64,000 nt of DNA from Thainema sp. (GCA_052168235.1 JBQLZK010000011.1:30910-94909); one strand, 5' to 3'. Positions 48,648-58,916 are shown, counted from the first letter of the stretch. Numbers and translations are program-made. Notes: generated by a model not told the origin, from the sequence alone.

Positions 48648-49814
48648 ATGTTTCCTCAGATCGCCTATTTGTCTCAGGGCAAGCTCTATCTCAGATCCGA
48701 CGCCAATTCGCTTCGAGAAATTGAAAGCCAGTTCGGTCAAACCGTTCAGGAGCGTGTGCTTAAACTAAAACGCAACAAAGCCTGGAAGAATCGTGGTCTG
48801 ATGGAGATGATGCTGCCGCCAAGTATGGCAGAACAGCTAGAGCAGCAGGCTGAAGCATCCGTCAAGGTTGAGATTTCCAGTTTATGTCCAGTAGCGAAAG
48901 GAAAGCTGCTGTATGCCCTAGAAGCAGGCACAGTTGGCGGCATATTTGCCTTTGATCCGAGTTGCGATCGCGAAGATCGGCTCTTTCACAACAGTGATTT
49001 TGGAGTCGGCCACCTGGATTTCAATGTCAAGCAGCAGCTCATTGCTTGCGCGGTCAATTATCCGACAGGTATCTCGAATATCGCCACTATGCCGCTTGAC
49101 GGTGCGCGTCCCCAAATCGTTACGGAAGGGGATTCCATTGACTTGGCTCCTCACTGGATTCCCAATCAGCAAGCGTTAGTCTTCCAATCGGCTGGCATTG
49201 CCCGCAACAGCGAAGGTTATGTCTGCAATCGCGCTCCTTTTGCAATTGAAAAATTAGATTTCGCTAAGCAAGATGTGCTGACGCTGGCGGCTGATCCAAA
49301 ATCCGATTTACTCAGTCCCCAAATTGGCGCTGATGGATTGCTGTACTACATTCGTCGTCCCTACCGTCCCTTGGGTCGATCATTCCACCTGGGCCAATTT
49401 TTGAAAGATTTGCTCCTGATGCCGTTTCGGATTGTCTACGCCATCTTCCAGTGGTTCAACTTTTTTAGCCAAATCTATACCGGCAAGCCACTCATGACAT
49501 CCAGCACGGGCCAAAAGGTTCAACCCAGAACGCTGAAAGCCTGGGGCGATTGGATTACGCCAGAGTTAATCCGCGATCGCGATGTTCGCGAAGCAGATGC
49601 GCCATCCCTGGTGCCCCGCTCCTGGCAGCTCGTGCGGCAACCTGTGCAAGGTGAGCTAGAACTCTTGGCAGAAGGCGTATTGGCCTACGATTTGGCTGCT
49701 GATGGCACGGTGGTTTACACCAATGGAAGCGCCATCTATGGGATTACCCCAAACGGTCAGCGGCAGCGGTTGATGGTCGGCAATTGGATTGAAAGCGTCA
49801 CCGTCCTGTCTTGA
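48648..49814 (+). CDS. Conserved hypothetical protein, TolB-like beta-propeller-type
   Basis: Long ORF with beta-repeat features (TEGDSIDLAPHW, LVFQSAG, LYYIRRP). Confidence 0.7.
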   Translation: MFPQIAYLSQGKLYLRSDANSLREIESQFGQTVQERVLKLKRNKAWKNRGLMEMMLPPSMAEQLEQQAEASVKVEISSLCPVAKGKLLYALEAGTVGGIFAFDPSCDREDRLFHNSDFGVGHLDFNVKQQLIACAVNYPTGISNIATMPLDGARPQIVTEGDSIDLAPHWIPNQQALVFQSAGIARNSEGYVCNRAPFAIEKLDFAKQDVLTLAADPKSDLLSPQIGADGLLYYIRRPYRPLGRSFHLGQFLKDLLLMPFRIVYAIFQWFNFFSQIYTGKPLMTSSTGQKVQPRTLKAWGDWITPELIRDRDVREADAPSLVPRSWQLVRQPVQGELELLAEGVLAYDLAADGTVVYTNGSAIYGITPNGQRQRLMVGNWIESVTVLS

Positions 49815-50099
49815 TTCGGTGAGGCCAGAGGAGTGAGGCGAATTAACCACTCCGTCTTCAGCGCTTAGCACTTCGTCCCAGACCTGTAGTCCCAAATTGC
49901 AGAACTGGTATGAGTACAGAGCGGAGATAAGGAATGCTAATCATTTTGGCTGAGACTTCATCCCCCTTAAGAGTGAAATCTAAGTTGAGAACCAGGTTTG
50001 TACAGAAACCCACTTGATCACCATGTGATGGGAATTCTGACTGTATCGCGATCGCAACTTGGGATAAGACATCAACCTTTTGAGGGAGGAGAACAGTCC

Positions 50100-50861
50100 A
50101 TGCTGTCTATGCTGTTTGGAATTTTAGGCCCAATTGGATTGATTGGAACGGCCTTTTGGATCTGGATGCTGTACGACTGCTTGAAGTATGGACGTAAGGA
50201 GCGTTCCTTGTGGCTGTGGGTGATGATTTTCCTGAATGTTATTGGTGCGGTGTTTTACTTTTGCCTGCGCTGGGCACCTCGCCATCCCCAATTCAAAATC
50301 TTGGCTCCGCTAACGATGCGGCGCAGACTGCGGGATGAGCTGTGGCAAGTAGAGGCGGCTGTTAAGCACATCGGCAAAGCTCACCAATACATTAAGCTGG
50401 GCGATGTCCTGTACCTGTTGGGAGAGAAGAAGCCGTCCTTCGAGGCATACCAACAAGCACTCGCTCAGGAACCAAACAATCCTAAAGCGCTCTGGGGAGC
50501 AGCATCAATCGCTTGCCAGCTCAATGATTTTGGCACAGCAAAAGAGCATCTGGCGCGGTTAATTCAGGTGCAGCCTAACTACTCCTACGGCGAGGCATCG
50601 CTGGCTTATGGACAAGTTTTGCTGAATTTGGGTGACATCGAAACTGCGGTCGCGCATTTACAGCTGCATTTGAAACAGTGGAGTCATCCGGAAGCGTTTC
50701 TGTGGTTAGCTCAAGCCCATCACCAGCGGGGCGATGTCATTGAAGCACGGGAAGCACTGGAAACCATGATTATTAAAGTCAAAAGCCTGGTACCGTTTCA
50801 GTACCGCAAGAATCGGCATTTTGTCCGTCAAGGGGAGCGGATGCTAAGAGCAATGGGTTAG
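50100..50861 (+). CDS. Membrane-anchored TPR protein with PLDc_N-like N-terminus
   Basis: FWIWMLYDC..WLWVMIFLNVIGAVFYF then TPRs; GGAGG RBS supports the 50100 start. Confidence 0.85.
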   Translation: MLSMLFGILGPIGLIGTAFWIWMLYDCLKYGRKERSLWLWVMIFLNVIGAVFYFCLRWAPRHPQFKILAPLTMRRRLRDELWQVEAAVKHIGKAHQYIKLGDVLYLLGEKKPSFEAYQQALAQEPNNPKALWGAASIACQLNDFGTAKEHLARLIQVQPNYSYGEASLAYGQVLLNLGDIETAVAHLQLHLKQWSHPEAFLWLAQAHHQRGDVIEAREALETMIIKVKSLVPFQYRKNRHFVRQGERMLRAMG

Positions 50862-50986
50862 ATATCAAAAAGGGCATGTGCCGCCGTATCGCGACGTGCC
50901 TGTACAGCGTACTCTCCTGATGCGTGGTTGCCCTCACCTCAAATCTTTGTTATTAGGACTCAAACACAGCGAACGAAAAACTTGGA

Positions 50987-51035
50987 TCTTGACTGGATTT
51001 TTGGGGCGCAGAGCACCCCAAAAATCCAGTCAAGA
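50987..51035. mobile_element. 49-bp hairpin flanked by a perfect 8-bp direct repeat
   Basis: AACTTGGA | TCTTGACTGGATTTTTGGGGCGC-AGA-GCACCCCAAAAATCCAGTCAAGA | AACTTGGA. Confidence 0.65.
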
Positions 51036-51068
51036 AACTTGGATAAGATTTGGGTGAGGGTCGTAACA

Positions 51069-51956
51069 TTAAGTACTGAGATATCGACGGATAAACTGCT
51101 CTAGCGTCTCCATCTTGATGTCAAATACGGTTTCTAAGCGCTCAATTTCTGCTGGAGTACAGTAAAACTCATTAGCGAGCAGCGTGCGAAACGTGCCAAG
51201 GGCTTTTTGAGTGGAAGCATCAAATATGCCGACTAGATTACGGGCACCGTCTAGCACCATCAGTGGCACATTGATGATGATCGGTTCCCGATTAAAAAGG
51301 CGGCCAAAAATGCGGGGAATGTCATCGCGCGTGAGGATTTCTGGCCCCCCTACGGCAAAAATCTGGTTGAACGCTCCTTCCTTGTGAACGGACTGGGCAG
51401 CAACTGCAGCCAGATCGTCGGTGCTGACGATTGAGGTGCGGCTCTTGGCATCACCAATCAGCAAATAGATGCCTGTCCGACGAAACCGTTCGGCTAGAGG
51501 CAATAAGTTGGACGCAAAGCCAGACGGTCGCAGAATTGTATAGTTGAGCCCACTGTCTTGCAGATATTTTTCAACGGCACGCTTGGCTTTAAATACAGGT
51601 GCATCTTCGTAGCCGCGATCGGCTCCCAAAACCGAAATAAACACAAAGTGCTTAACTCCGGCGGCTTTTGCCTGGTCAATTAAGTCAATATTGGCACGAT
51701 AGTCCAAGTCTTGAGCGCTGCCGCCGTTGGAGTCGCTAGAACCGTGAGCGCTGATCACATACTCAACGCCCTGCATAGCTCGCTCAATATCCCGCAGTTG
51801 CCGCAAATCGCCGATGCAAATTTCGGCCCCATGCTGTTCCAAGGGAGTATAGTGCGAGGTTAATCGCACAAAGGCACGCACGGGCTGATCATCCCGACGG
51901 AGTGACTGCACAATGCGGTGACCTAAACCTCCCGTAGCCCCTGTCACTAGAAACAT
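51069..51956 (-). CDS. NmrA-like / atypical SDR NAD(P)-binding oxidoreductase
   Basis: LVTGATGGLG, GVKHFVFIS, YTILRP. Confidence 0.9.
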   Translation of the reverse strand: MFLVTGATGGLGHRIVQSLRRDDQPVRAFVRLTSHYTPLEQHGAEICIGDLRQLRDIERAMQGVEYVISAHGSSDSNGGSAQDLDYRANIDLIDQAKAAGVKHFVFISVLGADRGYEDAPVFKAKRAVEKYLQDSGLNYTILRPSGFASNLLPLAERFRRTGIYLLIGDAKSRTSIVSTDDLAAVAAQSVHKEGAFNQIFAVGGPEILTRDDIPRIFGRLFNREPIIINVPLMVLDGARNLVGIFDASTQKALGTFRTLLANEFYCTPAEIERLETVFDIKMETLEQFIRRYLST

Positions 51957-52186
51957 GACGATACCTCTCTCATCGACAGCTAAGCGTCATGACGATCAAG
52001 TGTAAGCTCATAATCAAAGTCTAGTAGAGAACTTATAATACAAGCCCTCTACTCAACAGACCACGAGCTGGTAATCCAACTTGACAGATGCCACGACGAA
52101 ACAGAGATCAATGTATCGTCTTTTTCTAATTTTGCCCTCAGCCAACCGATAGTTTCGCTGTATCAGGCTGTTCACACAGGCGTCAA

Positions 52187-52810
52187 TTAGGCTTTTAGTG
52201 ATGGATCATAGCCGCGCCAAACAGCAACGAGAGTGCCTTGAATATCAACTTTTTTAGCGTCTACTTCAATGGGCGTGTAGCGGCTGTTCGCTGGCTTCAG
52301 CATCACCTTATCCCCTTCGCGGTAGAAGTACTTGAGGGTTGTACCATCGCCCTCTACTCTGGCGGCAACAATGACGCCGTTTTTGAGGGACTGCGGATCG
52401 CGAACGGGACGCATAATAACAACATCGCCCTGATCAATCAGGGCATCGATCATGCTGTCACCCCGCACTCTGAGCGCAAAGTCTTGGGGCTGTAGCGGTA
52501 GGGCAGACAGATCCAGATGCTCGACCGTATCAGTGAAAGACTCGACTAGAGCACCAGCTGCGATCGCACCGCAAATGGGTACACCTTGAGGGGATTTAAG
52601 AATGCGAAGAGTACGAGCTTTGCCTTCATGCCAGTCGATATAGCCCTTGTTTTTGAGATGCTCCAAGCGGCTCTGGATGGGAGCGGGTGATTTCAGCCCC
52701 ATCGCTTTCATCATTTGACGAATTGAAGGAGAATATTGGTTGCGACGGATGTAGTCAACTAACCAGTCGTACAGCTCCTGTTGAGCTTTGGTTAAGGTAT
52801 CGGTAGCCAT
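52187..52810 (-). CDS. lexA: SOS repressor LexA
   Basis: wHTH (SPSIRQMM..SPAPIQSRL), Ala-Gly cleavage site IAAG, Ser GDSM, Lys TLK. Confidence 0.97.
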   Translation of the reverse strand: MATDTLTKAQQELYDWLVDYIRRNQYSPSIRQMMKAMGLKSPAPIQSRLEHLKNKGYIDWHEGKARTLRILKSPQGVPICGAIAAGALVESFTDTVEHLDLSALPLQPQDFALRVRGDSMIDALIDQGDVVIMRPVRDPQSLKNGVIVAARVEGDGTTLKYFYREGDKVMLKPANSRYTPIEVDAKKVDIQGTLVAVWRGYDPSLKA

Positions 52811-52856
52811 AGTGTGGGTCTGCTTGCAGACGGTTAAGGGTCATCCTTATCATCTT

Positions 52857-52870
52857 AGAACAAGCGTACC
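52857..52870 (-). promoter_or_regulatory. Cyanobacterial LexA (SOS) box
   Basis: Minus strand GGTACGCTTGTTCT matches RGTACNNNDGTWCB, 46 nt upstream of lexA. Confidence 0.8.
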
Positions 52871-52930
52871 ATCAGGTAAATACACTTTGGCTAAAATTAT
52901 TAGAAATCGTTACGCAATTCGTTTTTGATG

Positions 52931-52961
52931 GTGGTGAGAGGCGAAACCTGGCTCTCACCAC
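52931..52961. terminator. Hairpin between argF and lexA
   Basis: GTGGTGAGAG-11 nt-CTCTCACCAC. Confidence 0.5.
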
Positions 52962-52988
52962 GACAATTTTGAAATGAGTTGAGATTAA

Positions 52989-53909
52989 CTACAGCGCACC
53001 GAGTAACGCCGCTAGGAGGGCTTTTTGGGCATGCATGCGATTTTCAGCTTCATCCCAGACTCGCGATTGCGAACCTTCGATAACGGCATTGGTAATTTCT
53101 TCTTCGCGATGGGCGGGTAGACAGTGCAGAACAATGGCTTTGGGATCAGCAAGACTTAACAGCGGCTCGTTGATTTGGTAAGGCTTAAATAGGGGAATGC
53201 GCTCATTGGCCAGATCTTCTTGTCCCATGCTGGCCCAGACGTCTGTATAGAGGACATTGCTGCCTTTGGTGGCGAGTTCGGCATCTTGAGTGACCAAGAC
53301 TTGGCTGCGATCGCAGGCAATGGCTTGAGTCTGCTCGACGACAGCGGGGGCAGGCTCATAACCAACTGGAGTGGCAACGCGGATATTGATTCCAGCGAGG
53401 GCACAGCCGATCATCAAGGAGTGGGCAACATTGTTGCCATCGCCTAAATAGGTGACCGTCAGCCCTTCGAGGGTGCCAAATTCTTCCTGTACGGTGAGTA
53501 GGTCGGCCAAAATTTGGCAGGGATGTTCTAGATCAGTGAGGGCATTAATAACCGGAATGGTAGCGTAGTGGGCAAAGGTTTCGATTTCCGCTTGCTCAAA
53601 GGTGCGAATAGCCAGCACGTCCAGATAGCGATCGAGAACACGAGCAGTATCTTCTACCGGTTCACCGCGTCCCATTTGGGTGTTGCCCGTGCTGAGATCG
53701 AGAACCTGTCCACCCAGTTGATACATTGCGACTGAGAAGCTCACTCGCGTGCGGGTTGAGGCTTTGCTGAAAATGAGACCGAGCGACTTTCGACATTGGG
53801 GGGCTAGCTTACCGGTTTTGAGATCGGCGGCCAGCTGAATCAGTCCTAGCAGTTCATCCCGACTTAAATCGGCGAGGCTAAGTAAATCTCTTCCCTTGAG
53901 CGACTCCAT
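52989..53909 (-). CDS. argF: Ornithine carbamoyltransferase
   Basis: STRTR, HPCQ, GDGNN, TDVWASMG, HCLPA; start set at MESLKGRDLL. Confidence 0.98.
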   Translation of the reverse strand: MESLKGRDLLSLADLSRDELLGLIQLAADLKTGKLAPQCRKSLGLIFSKASTRTRVSFSVAMYQLGGQVLDLSTGNTQMGRGEPVEDTARVLDRYLDVLAIRTFEQAEIETFAHYATIPVINALTDLEHPCQILADLLTVQEEFGTLEGLTVTYLGDGNNVAHSLMIGCALAGINIRVATPVGYEPAPAVVEQTQAIACDRSQVLVTQDAELATKGSNVLYTDVWASMGQEDLANERIPLFKPYQINEPLLSLADPKAIVLHCLPAHREEEITNAVIEGSQSRVWDEAENRMHAQKALLAALLGAL

Positions 53910-54241
53910 GCTTTTCCCTGCTGCAATCAATGAAAATAAAACCCTACCAGATCTCATTGAGTCGCGATAGTCCAGTCTGTACAGCAAGAAAATTCTCTGG
54001 CCCAGTTGGCGATGTTCAGCGATGCGAGAGTGGGGTTGAAACCCCGATATTTTGAGGAAAATTGAATATCATTCCGGAGATAGAGTCAAAACGTGAGAAT
54101 AGTTGTAAGGCTGAAACCAATTTGATGGGTTGGTGACCTCGATATCATATCGATATCACCAAGAATGCAGAATGCTATTAGTACATCATTAGGTATCTGA
54201 AGGTTATGTGAAAGAGATACCTACAAGTTTTTAAGCGATCG

Positions 54242-54285
54242 CAAATCTATACCTAAGCTGAATCAAATCTATACCTGAACTGAAT
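54242..54285. repeat. 22-bp tandem direct repeat in the divergent argF/kinase promoter
   Basis: CAAATCTATACCTAAGCTGAAT CAAATCTATACCTGAACTGAAT. Confidence 0.75.
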
Positions 54286-54497
54286 ATTGAATTTTATACT
54301 GTGGCTTAACCCAAGAATATTTCATACTTGAGTTAGAGCTTAATAATTACAGTTAATCATGAGCGATACATTGTGGATACTGATGGGCATTATGAAGCCG
54401 TAAGCTACTGGATCTCGATTGGGTCACGTTCCATCTTATGTCCGATCAGATTCGCAATCAGGGATGGTTGGTTAAGCAACGATAATTTAGTGCCGCT

Positions 54498-56984
54498 ATG
54501 GTCGAGTCTGACGTCGAAAAGTACAAGCCATCTGACCTAACACAAGCTTCTATGGTTGCCGAGACAGTAACACCTCTCTTTCAGCAGGCAGTGGATGCGA
54601 TCGCAGTTTATGACGCGGTTGGGCGCTACTGCTCTGTGAATCAATCCATCGTTAAACTGTTAGGCATTCCAGCTCAAACCTATATTGGTAAAACGAATCT
54701 TGAGCTGAGCCAAATTAAACAATATGCAGCGCTACAGCCGACGCTAACGCAAATTCATGGTCATCTAAAGCAGGTTATCCAAACAGGACAATCGCTGCAT
54801 ACCTATCACAATTTACCCATTGGCTCAGCTCAAGTTGGGTACGATGTTACTTACAGCCCTCTTTTGGATGAAGAGGGTATGGTGCAGCAGATCCTCAGCA
54901 TTGGCCGAGTCGTCGTGGCGGCGGGTGGTCTTGCAGGTAGTCCACGGTCTGATCAACCCGTAACGGTGTTGCCGATGATTGGGGCAGAAATGCCAGAATT
55001 GGATGCTGCGTCTATTGACTCTGTATCAGTCAATTTCAATCCGGCGAATTCAGATGATGCTGATGCGCCAAAGAAGGGTGAGTCGAAGCAACTGGATAGC
55101 CCAGGCAAGAAGGCCACCGTATCCCTTAGTTTGAATGGTTCATATCAGGCTCTGACTGACAAAGAGCTGCTGGAACTGGTGCTGGACAACATTCCCCAGT
55201 ACATTTTTTGGAAGAATCGCGACTCTGTCTATTTGGGCTGCAATCGGCGCTGGGCTGAGATGGCAGGCGTTGATTCGGAACAGGTGATTGGCCTAACCGA
55301 TGCGGATTTGCCTTGGACACCTGAGCAGCAGGAGTGGTATCTCAAGTGCGATCGCCAGGTGATGGATACAGACACGCCGATGCTGCGGATTAAGCAGTCG
55401 CAAATGCAGGCTGATGGCAAATTGACGTGGCGCGAAACGAGCAAGCTGCCGCTGCACGATGCTGATGGCAATGTGATTGGGCTACTTGGCACGATTGAGG
55501 ATGTGACGGAGCGTAAGCAGGCGGAAGACCTGCTGCGTCAATCGCGAGCCAAGTATAAAAAATTGGCTCAGCGGGAAAAAATTATTAATAACGTGGCCGC
55601 GCAAATTCGCAGCAGCCTAGACTTAGAGACAATTCTGCAAACTGTGGTTCAGCAAGTTCGCCAGCTGCTCGATACGGATCGAGTGGTGGTGTACCAGTTT
55701 TTGGAAGACTGGCATGGGGTGGTGGTAACGGAAGATGTGATTGAGCCGTGGCAGTCTGTACTGGGTGAAATTGGTGCAGATGACTGCTTTCCAGACAAGT
55801 ATGCCAATCTGTATGCGTCTGGGCGTGTGCGAGCGATTCCCAATCTCAATGATCCGGGTTTAGATGAGTGCCACGTCAATTTCTTACGCAGTCTCCAAGT
55901 GCAGGCCAATCTGATTGTGCCCATTCAAGTGCAAGAGCATTTGTGGGGGCTGCTGATTGCTCATGAATGCCGGGGAGAGCGGGACTGGACACCGGATGAG
56001 TTGACGCTGCTAGAGGCGCTTGCGGGCCAAATTGGGGTGGCGATTCGACAGTCTGAACTGTATGGTCAGGCTCAGATGAATGCGGAACAAGCGCGATCGC
56101 AAGCGCAACAGTTGAAGTCTACGCTGACGGAACTGCAGCAGATGCAGATGCAGCTCATCCAAACCGAAAAAATGTCGAGTTTGGGCCAGTTGGTCGCGGG
56201 AGTGGCCCATGAAATTAACAATCCCGTGAACTTTATCTACGGCAATCTGAGCTACATTCAAAACTATACGCAGGATTTAATTAACCTATTTCGGCTTTAT
56301 CAGCAGCATTATCCAGAGCCAGTTCCGGCTATTCGAGAGGAAATAGAAGCGATTGATCTGGACTTTTTAATTGAAGACTTCCGGAAAATTTTGCATTCTG
56401 TTCAGGTGGGGGCAGACCGGATTCGGGAAATCGTTCTGTCTTTGCGCTCATTTTCTCGGCTGGACGAAGCCGAGATGAAGGCGGTTAATCTGCACGACGG
56501 GATTGATAGCACACTGCTGATTTTGCATCATCGTCTGAAGCTGCGGGCAGGCGGCACAGGTGTCGAACTGATTAAGGACTATGGCGAGCTACCTGAAGTG
56601 GAATGTTATCCCAGCCAGCTGAATCAGGTGTTTATGAATATTTTGGCCAATGCGCTGGATGCCTTAGAGCAGGATCAGCAAAACTGTGCCGATTCGCAAC
56701 GAGACTTTAAGCCTCAAATCATTATTCGGACAAAGCGACTGCCGGAAACGCAGCAGGTGCGGATTAGCATTTATGATAACGGGCCGGGGATTCCTCAGCA
56801 GGTGCAAAAGCAGCTATTTGACCCGTTTTTTACGACTAAGCCCGTGGGGAAAGGAACGGGTTTGGGACTGTCAATTAGCCATCAAATTGTGGTGCAGAAG
56901 CATCATGGCCAGATCCGATGCCAATCTTCTCCAGAAACGGGTACTGAATTTCAAATTGAAATTCCGATTAAGCAGCAGGCTTAA
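54498..56984 (+). CDS. PAS-PAS-GAF histidine kinase with a DXCF-type cyanobacteriochrome GAF
   Basis: GAF: DRVVVYQF..DDCF..DECH..ANLIVPI..LWGLLIAH; H-box VAHEINNP; N, G1, F, G2 boxes. Confidence 0.92.
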   Translation: MVESDVEKYKPSDLTQASMVAETVTPLFQQAVDAIAVYDAVGRYCSVNQSIVKLLGIPAQTYIGKTNLELSQIKQYAALQPTLTQIHGHLKQVIQTGQSLHTYHNLPIGSAQVGYDVTYSPLLDEEGMVQQILSIGRVVVAAGGLAGSPRSDQPVTVLPMIGAEMPELDAASIDSVSVNFNPANSDDADAPKKGESKQLDSPGKKATVSLSLNGSYQALTDKELLELVLDNIPQYIFWKNRDSVYLGCNRRWAEMAGVDSEQVIGLTDADLPWTPEQQEWYLKCDRQVMDTDTPMLRIKQSQMQADGKLTWRETSKLPLHDADGNVIGLLGTIEDVTERKQAEDLLRQSRAKYKKLAQREKIINNVAAQIRSSLDLETILQTVVQQVRQLLDTDRVVVYQFLEDWHGVVVTEDVIEPWQSVLGEIGADDCFPDKYANLYASGRVRAIPNLNDPGLDECHVNFLRSLQVQANLIVPIQVQEHLWGLLIAHECRGERDWTPDELTLLEALAGQIGVAIRQSELYGQAQMNAEQARSQAQQLKSTLTELQQMQMQLIQTEKMSSLGQLVAGVAHEINNPVNFIYGNLSYIQNYTQDLINLFRLYQQHYPEPVPAIREEIEAIDLDFLIEDFRKILHSVQVGADRIREIVLSLRSFSRLDEAEMKAVNLHDGIDSTLLILHHRLKLRAGGTGVELIKDYGELPEVECYPSQLNQVFMNILANALDALEQDQQNCADSQRDFKPQIIIRTKRLPETQQVRISIYDNGPGIPQQVQKQLFDPFFTTKPVGKGTGLGLSISHQIVVQKHHGQIRCQSSPETGTEFQIEIPIKQQA

Positions 56985-57234
56985 TCTGGATTAAGTCGCT
57001 GCATTTATGGAAGGCTGTATCGAAAGATTGTATCAAAAGATTGATACTGTCCTGTTTCAATGAACGCCCTTCTCTAGATAACAAACTATAGATTGGCAGC
57101 TACCTTGAGGCGTAGAGGTACACCGCAGGTAGGATTACAGTGCATGATATGCCTGTTCAGCAAGAGCATCTAGCTATCAATCTAGCGGTCAATCCAGTAA
57201 AATCCAGCATTTTCAGCAGAGCGAAGCGATACAT

Positions 57235-57834
57235 ATGGCAGATTGGGTTACAGAAATCATTACGTCTTTGGGTTATGTCGGCATCGGCTTCTTGATGTTC
57301 TTGGAAAACCTATTTCCGCCCATTCCGTCTGAGCTGATTATGCCATTGGCTGGATTTGCGATCGCACGCGGCGAAATGCAAGCCATTCCGGCTGTCACGG
57401 CGGGTGTTGTGGGTACAGTACTGGGTGCCGTGCTGTGGTACGTGGCCGGAATGTGGCTAGGTGGTAAGCGGCTGCGCTATTTAACTGAGAAATATGGCAA
57501 ATGGGCCGGACTGTCTGTCCAAGATATGGATCGAGCGAAGGGGTGGTTTGACCGGTATGGCGGTCGAACAGTGTTGCTCTGTCGGCTGGTTCCGGGCGTT
57601 CGCACGCTAATTTCAATTCCGGCGGGCACCTATAATATGCCCTTCTTTCCATTTTTCATTTACTCAACAGTTGGCACTCTGCTGTGGACGGTGCTCTTGA
57701 CCTACCTGGGCTATCTACTGGGTGAGAACTACACACGAGTGGGAGAATATCTGGGGCCAATTTCCAAAATTGTGCTTGTTAGCTTGATTATCTGGGCTGT
57801 CATTTGGGTGATTCGCCGCCGCAATCGGGAATAG
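57235..57834 (+). CDS. DedA family membrane protein
   Basis: ENLFPPIPSELIMPLAGF, RLVPGVRTLISIPAG. Confidence 0.95.
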   Translation: MADWVTEIITSLGYVGIGFLMFLENLFPPIPSELIMPLAGFAIARGEMQAIPAVTAGVVGTVLGAVLWYVAGMWLGGKRLRYLTEKYGKWAGLSVQDMDRAKGWFDRYGGRTVLLCRLVPGVRTLISIPAGTYNMPFFPFFIYSTVGTLLWTVLLTYLGYLLGENYTRVGEYLGPISKIVLVSLIIWAVIWVIRRRNRE

Positions 57835-57873
57835 TTTGGTCACTCATTCTTGTACTTGACTGATGAAGACTCC

Positions 57874-57916
57874 AAAGATTGATTGGTCGCCGTAATGCGG
57901 CGACCAATCAATCTTT
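57874..57916. repeat. Intergenic hairpin (19-bp stem)
   Basis: AAAGATTGATTGGTCGCCG-TAATG-CGGCGACCAATCAATCTTT. Confidence 0.75.
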
Positions 57917-58046
57917 CAGCCTTGGTACACAATGTACAGCTATGCAAATTTGCGATAAAGATACCGTAGTTCCACTCACGAATCGCGAAAGAAACCTGAT
58001 AGAGTGAAGCGAATTAATATTTCGTACCATTCAAAGTTGGCAATTT

Positions 58047-58703
58047 ATGGCTAGGCTTTCTGCGGAACTTCAGCAGTATTTTTTTGAGGTTGCTCCGGCT
58101 CGGTCGGTTACGAATGAACCCGTTATTGATAAACCAGAACAGCGTGTTTGCCTGCGGGATATTCTGGATTTGGCGGGTGAGCGCACGTTTGGCTTTTTGT
58201 TTGTCTGTTTAGCGCTGCCATCTGCTCTGCCAATTCCGGCACCGGGCTACTCAACTCCATTTGGAATTGTGATGCTGGTGTTGGCTATCCAGTTGGCAAT
58301 GGGACGAGAGCGCCCCTGGCTGCCTCAAAAGTGGAATAACCGCAGTTTTGAGCTAACTCAGATTCAAAAACTAATTAAGGCTGGAGTGCCCTGGCTGCAG
58401 CGAATTGAAATCATTACTCGTCCGCGTCTCAGCCCAATCTGTAAGAGCCGCACGGGGCAGTTGGTGATGGGAATTGCGATCGCAATTCTCTCGATTTCAA
58501 TGATTAGCCCTTTGCCGCTGACCAACACAGCCCCAGCGTTTAGTATTTTCGTGATGGGGTTTGGTCTGCTGGACGATGATGGATTTATCAGTATCGGTGG
58601 TATGACTCTGGGAGTCGTTGCACTGGCTTTATCGGCTGCGGTTCACGTTGCCTTTTTCTGGGGCGGGATGGCTGCGGTTGAACAGCTCAGAGAATTGATC
58701 TAG
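58047..58703 (+). CDS. exoD: ExoD family membrane protein
   Basis: GERTFG..ALPSALPIPAPG..QL..GR.RPWLP..PLTNTAP..DDG. Confidence 0.9.
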   Translation: MARLSAELQQYFFEVAPARSVTNEPVIDKPEQRVCLRDILDLAGERTFGFLFVCLALPSALPIPAPGYSTPFGIVMLVLAIQLAMGRERPWLPQKWNNRSFELTQIQKLIKAGVPWLQRIEIITRPRLSPICKSRTGQLVMGIAIAILSISMISPLPLTNTAPAFSIFVMGFGLLDDDGFISIGGMTLGVVALALSAAVHVAFFWGGMAAVEQLRELI

Positions 58704-58716
58704 TTTGAGGCTTAAA

Positions 58717-58753
58717 GCAAAAAAGCGAGGCGCTCAGCGCCTCGCTTTTTTGT
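58717..58753. terminator. Bidirectional terminator-like hairpin
   Basis: CAAAAAAGCGAGGCGCT-C-AGCGCCTCGCTTTTTTG between convergent genes. Confidence 0.8.
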
Positions 58754-58916
58754 TTTGGCAATCTCACGCTTACGTAATCTGCTGCGACAAAACCCGTTGA
58801 TTGGGGGCGCTTGCCCCCAACCCCCCGATGGGAGACGAGTCGCGTCCCCCAGACCCCCTCCGAAAAAGCTAACTTGTTAAGCGTTTGAAGATATTCTTTT
58901 TGAGGAACTGCCATCG

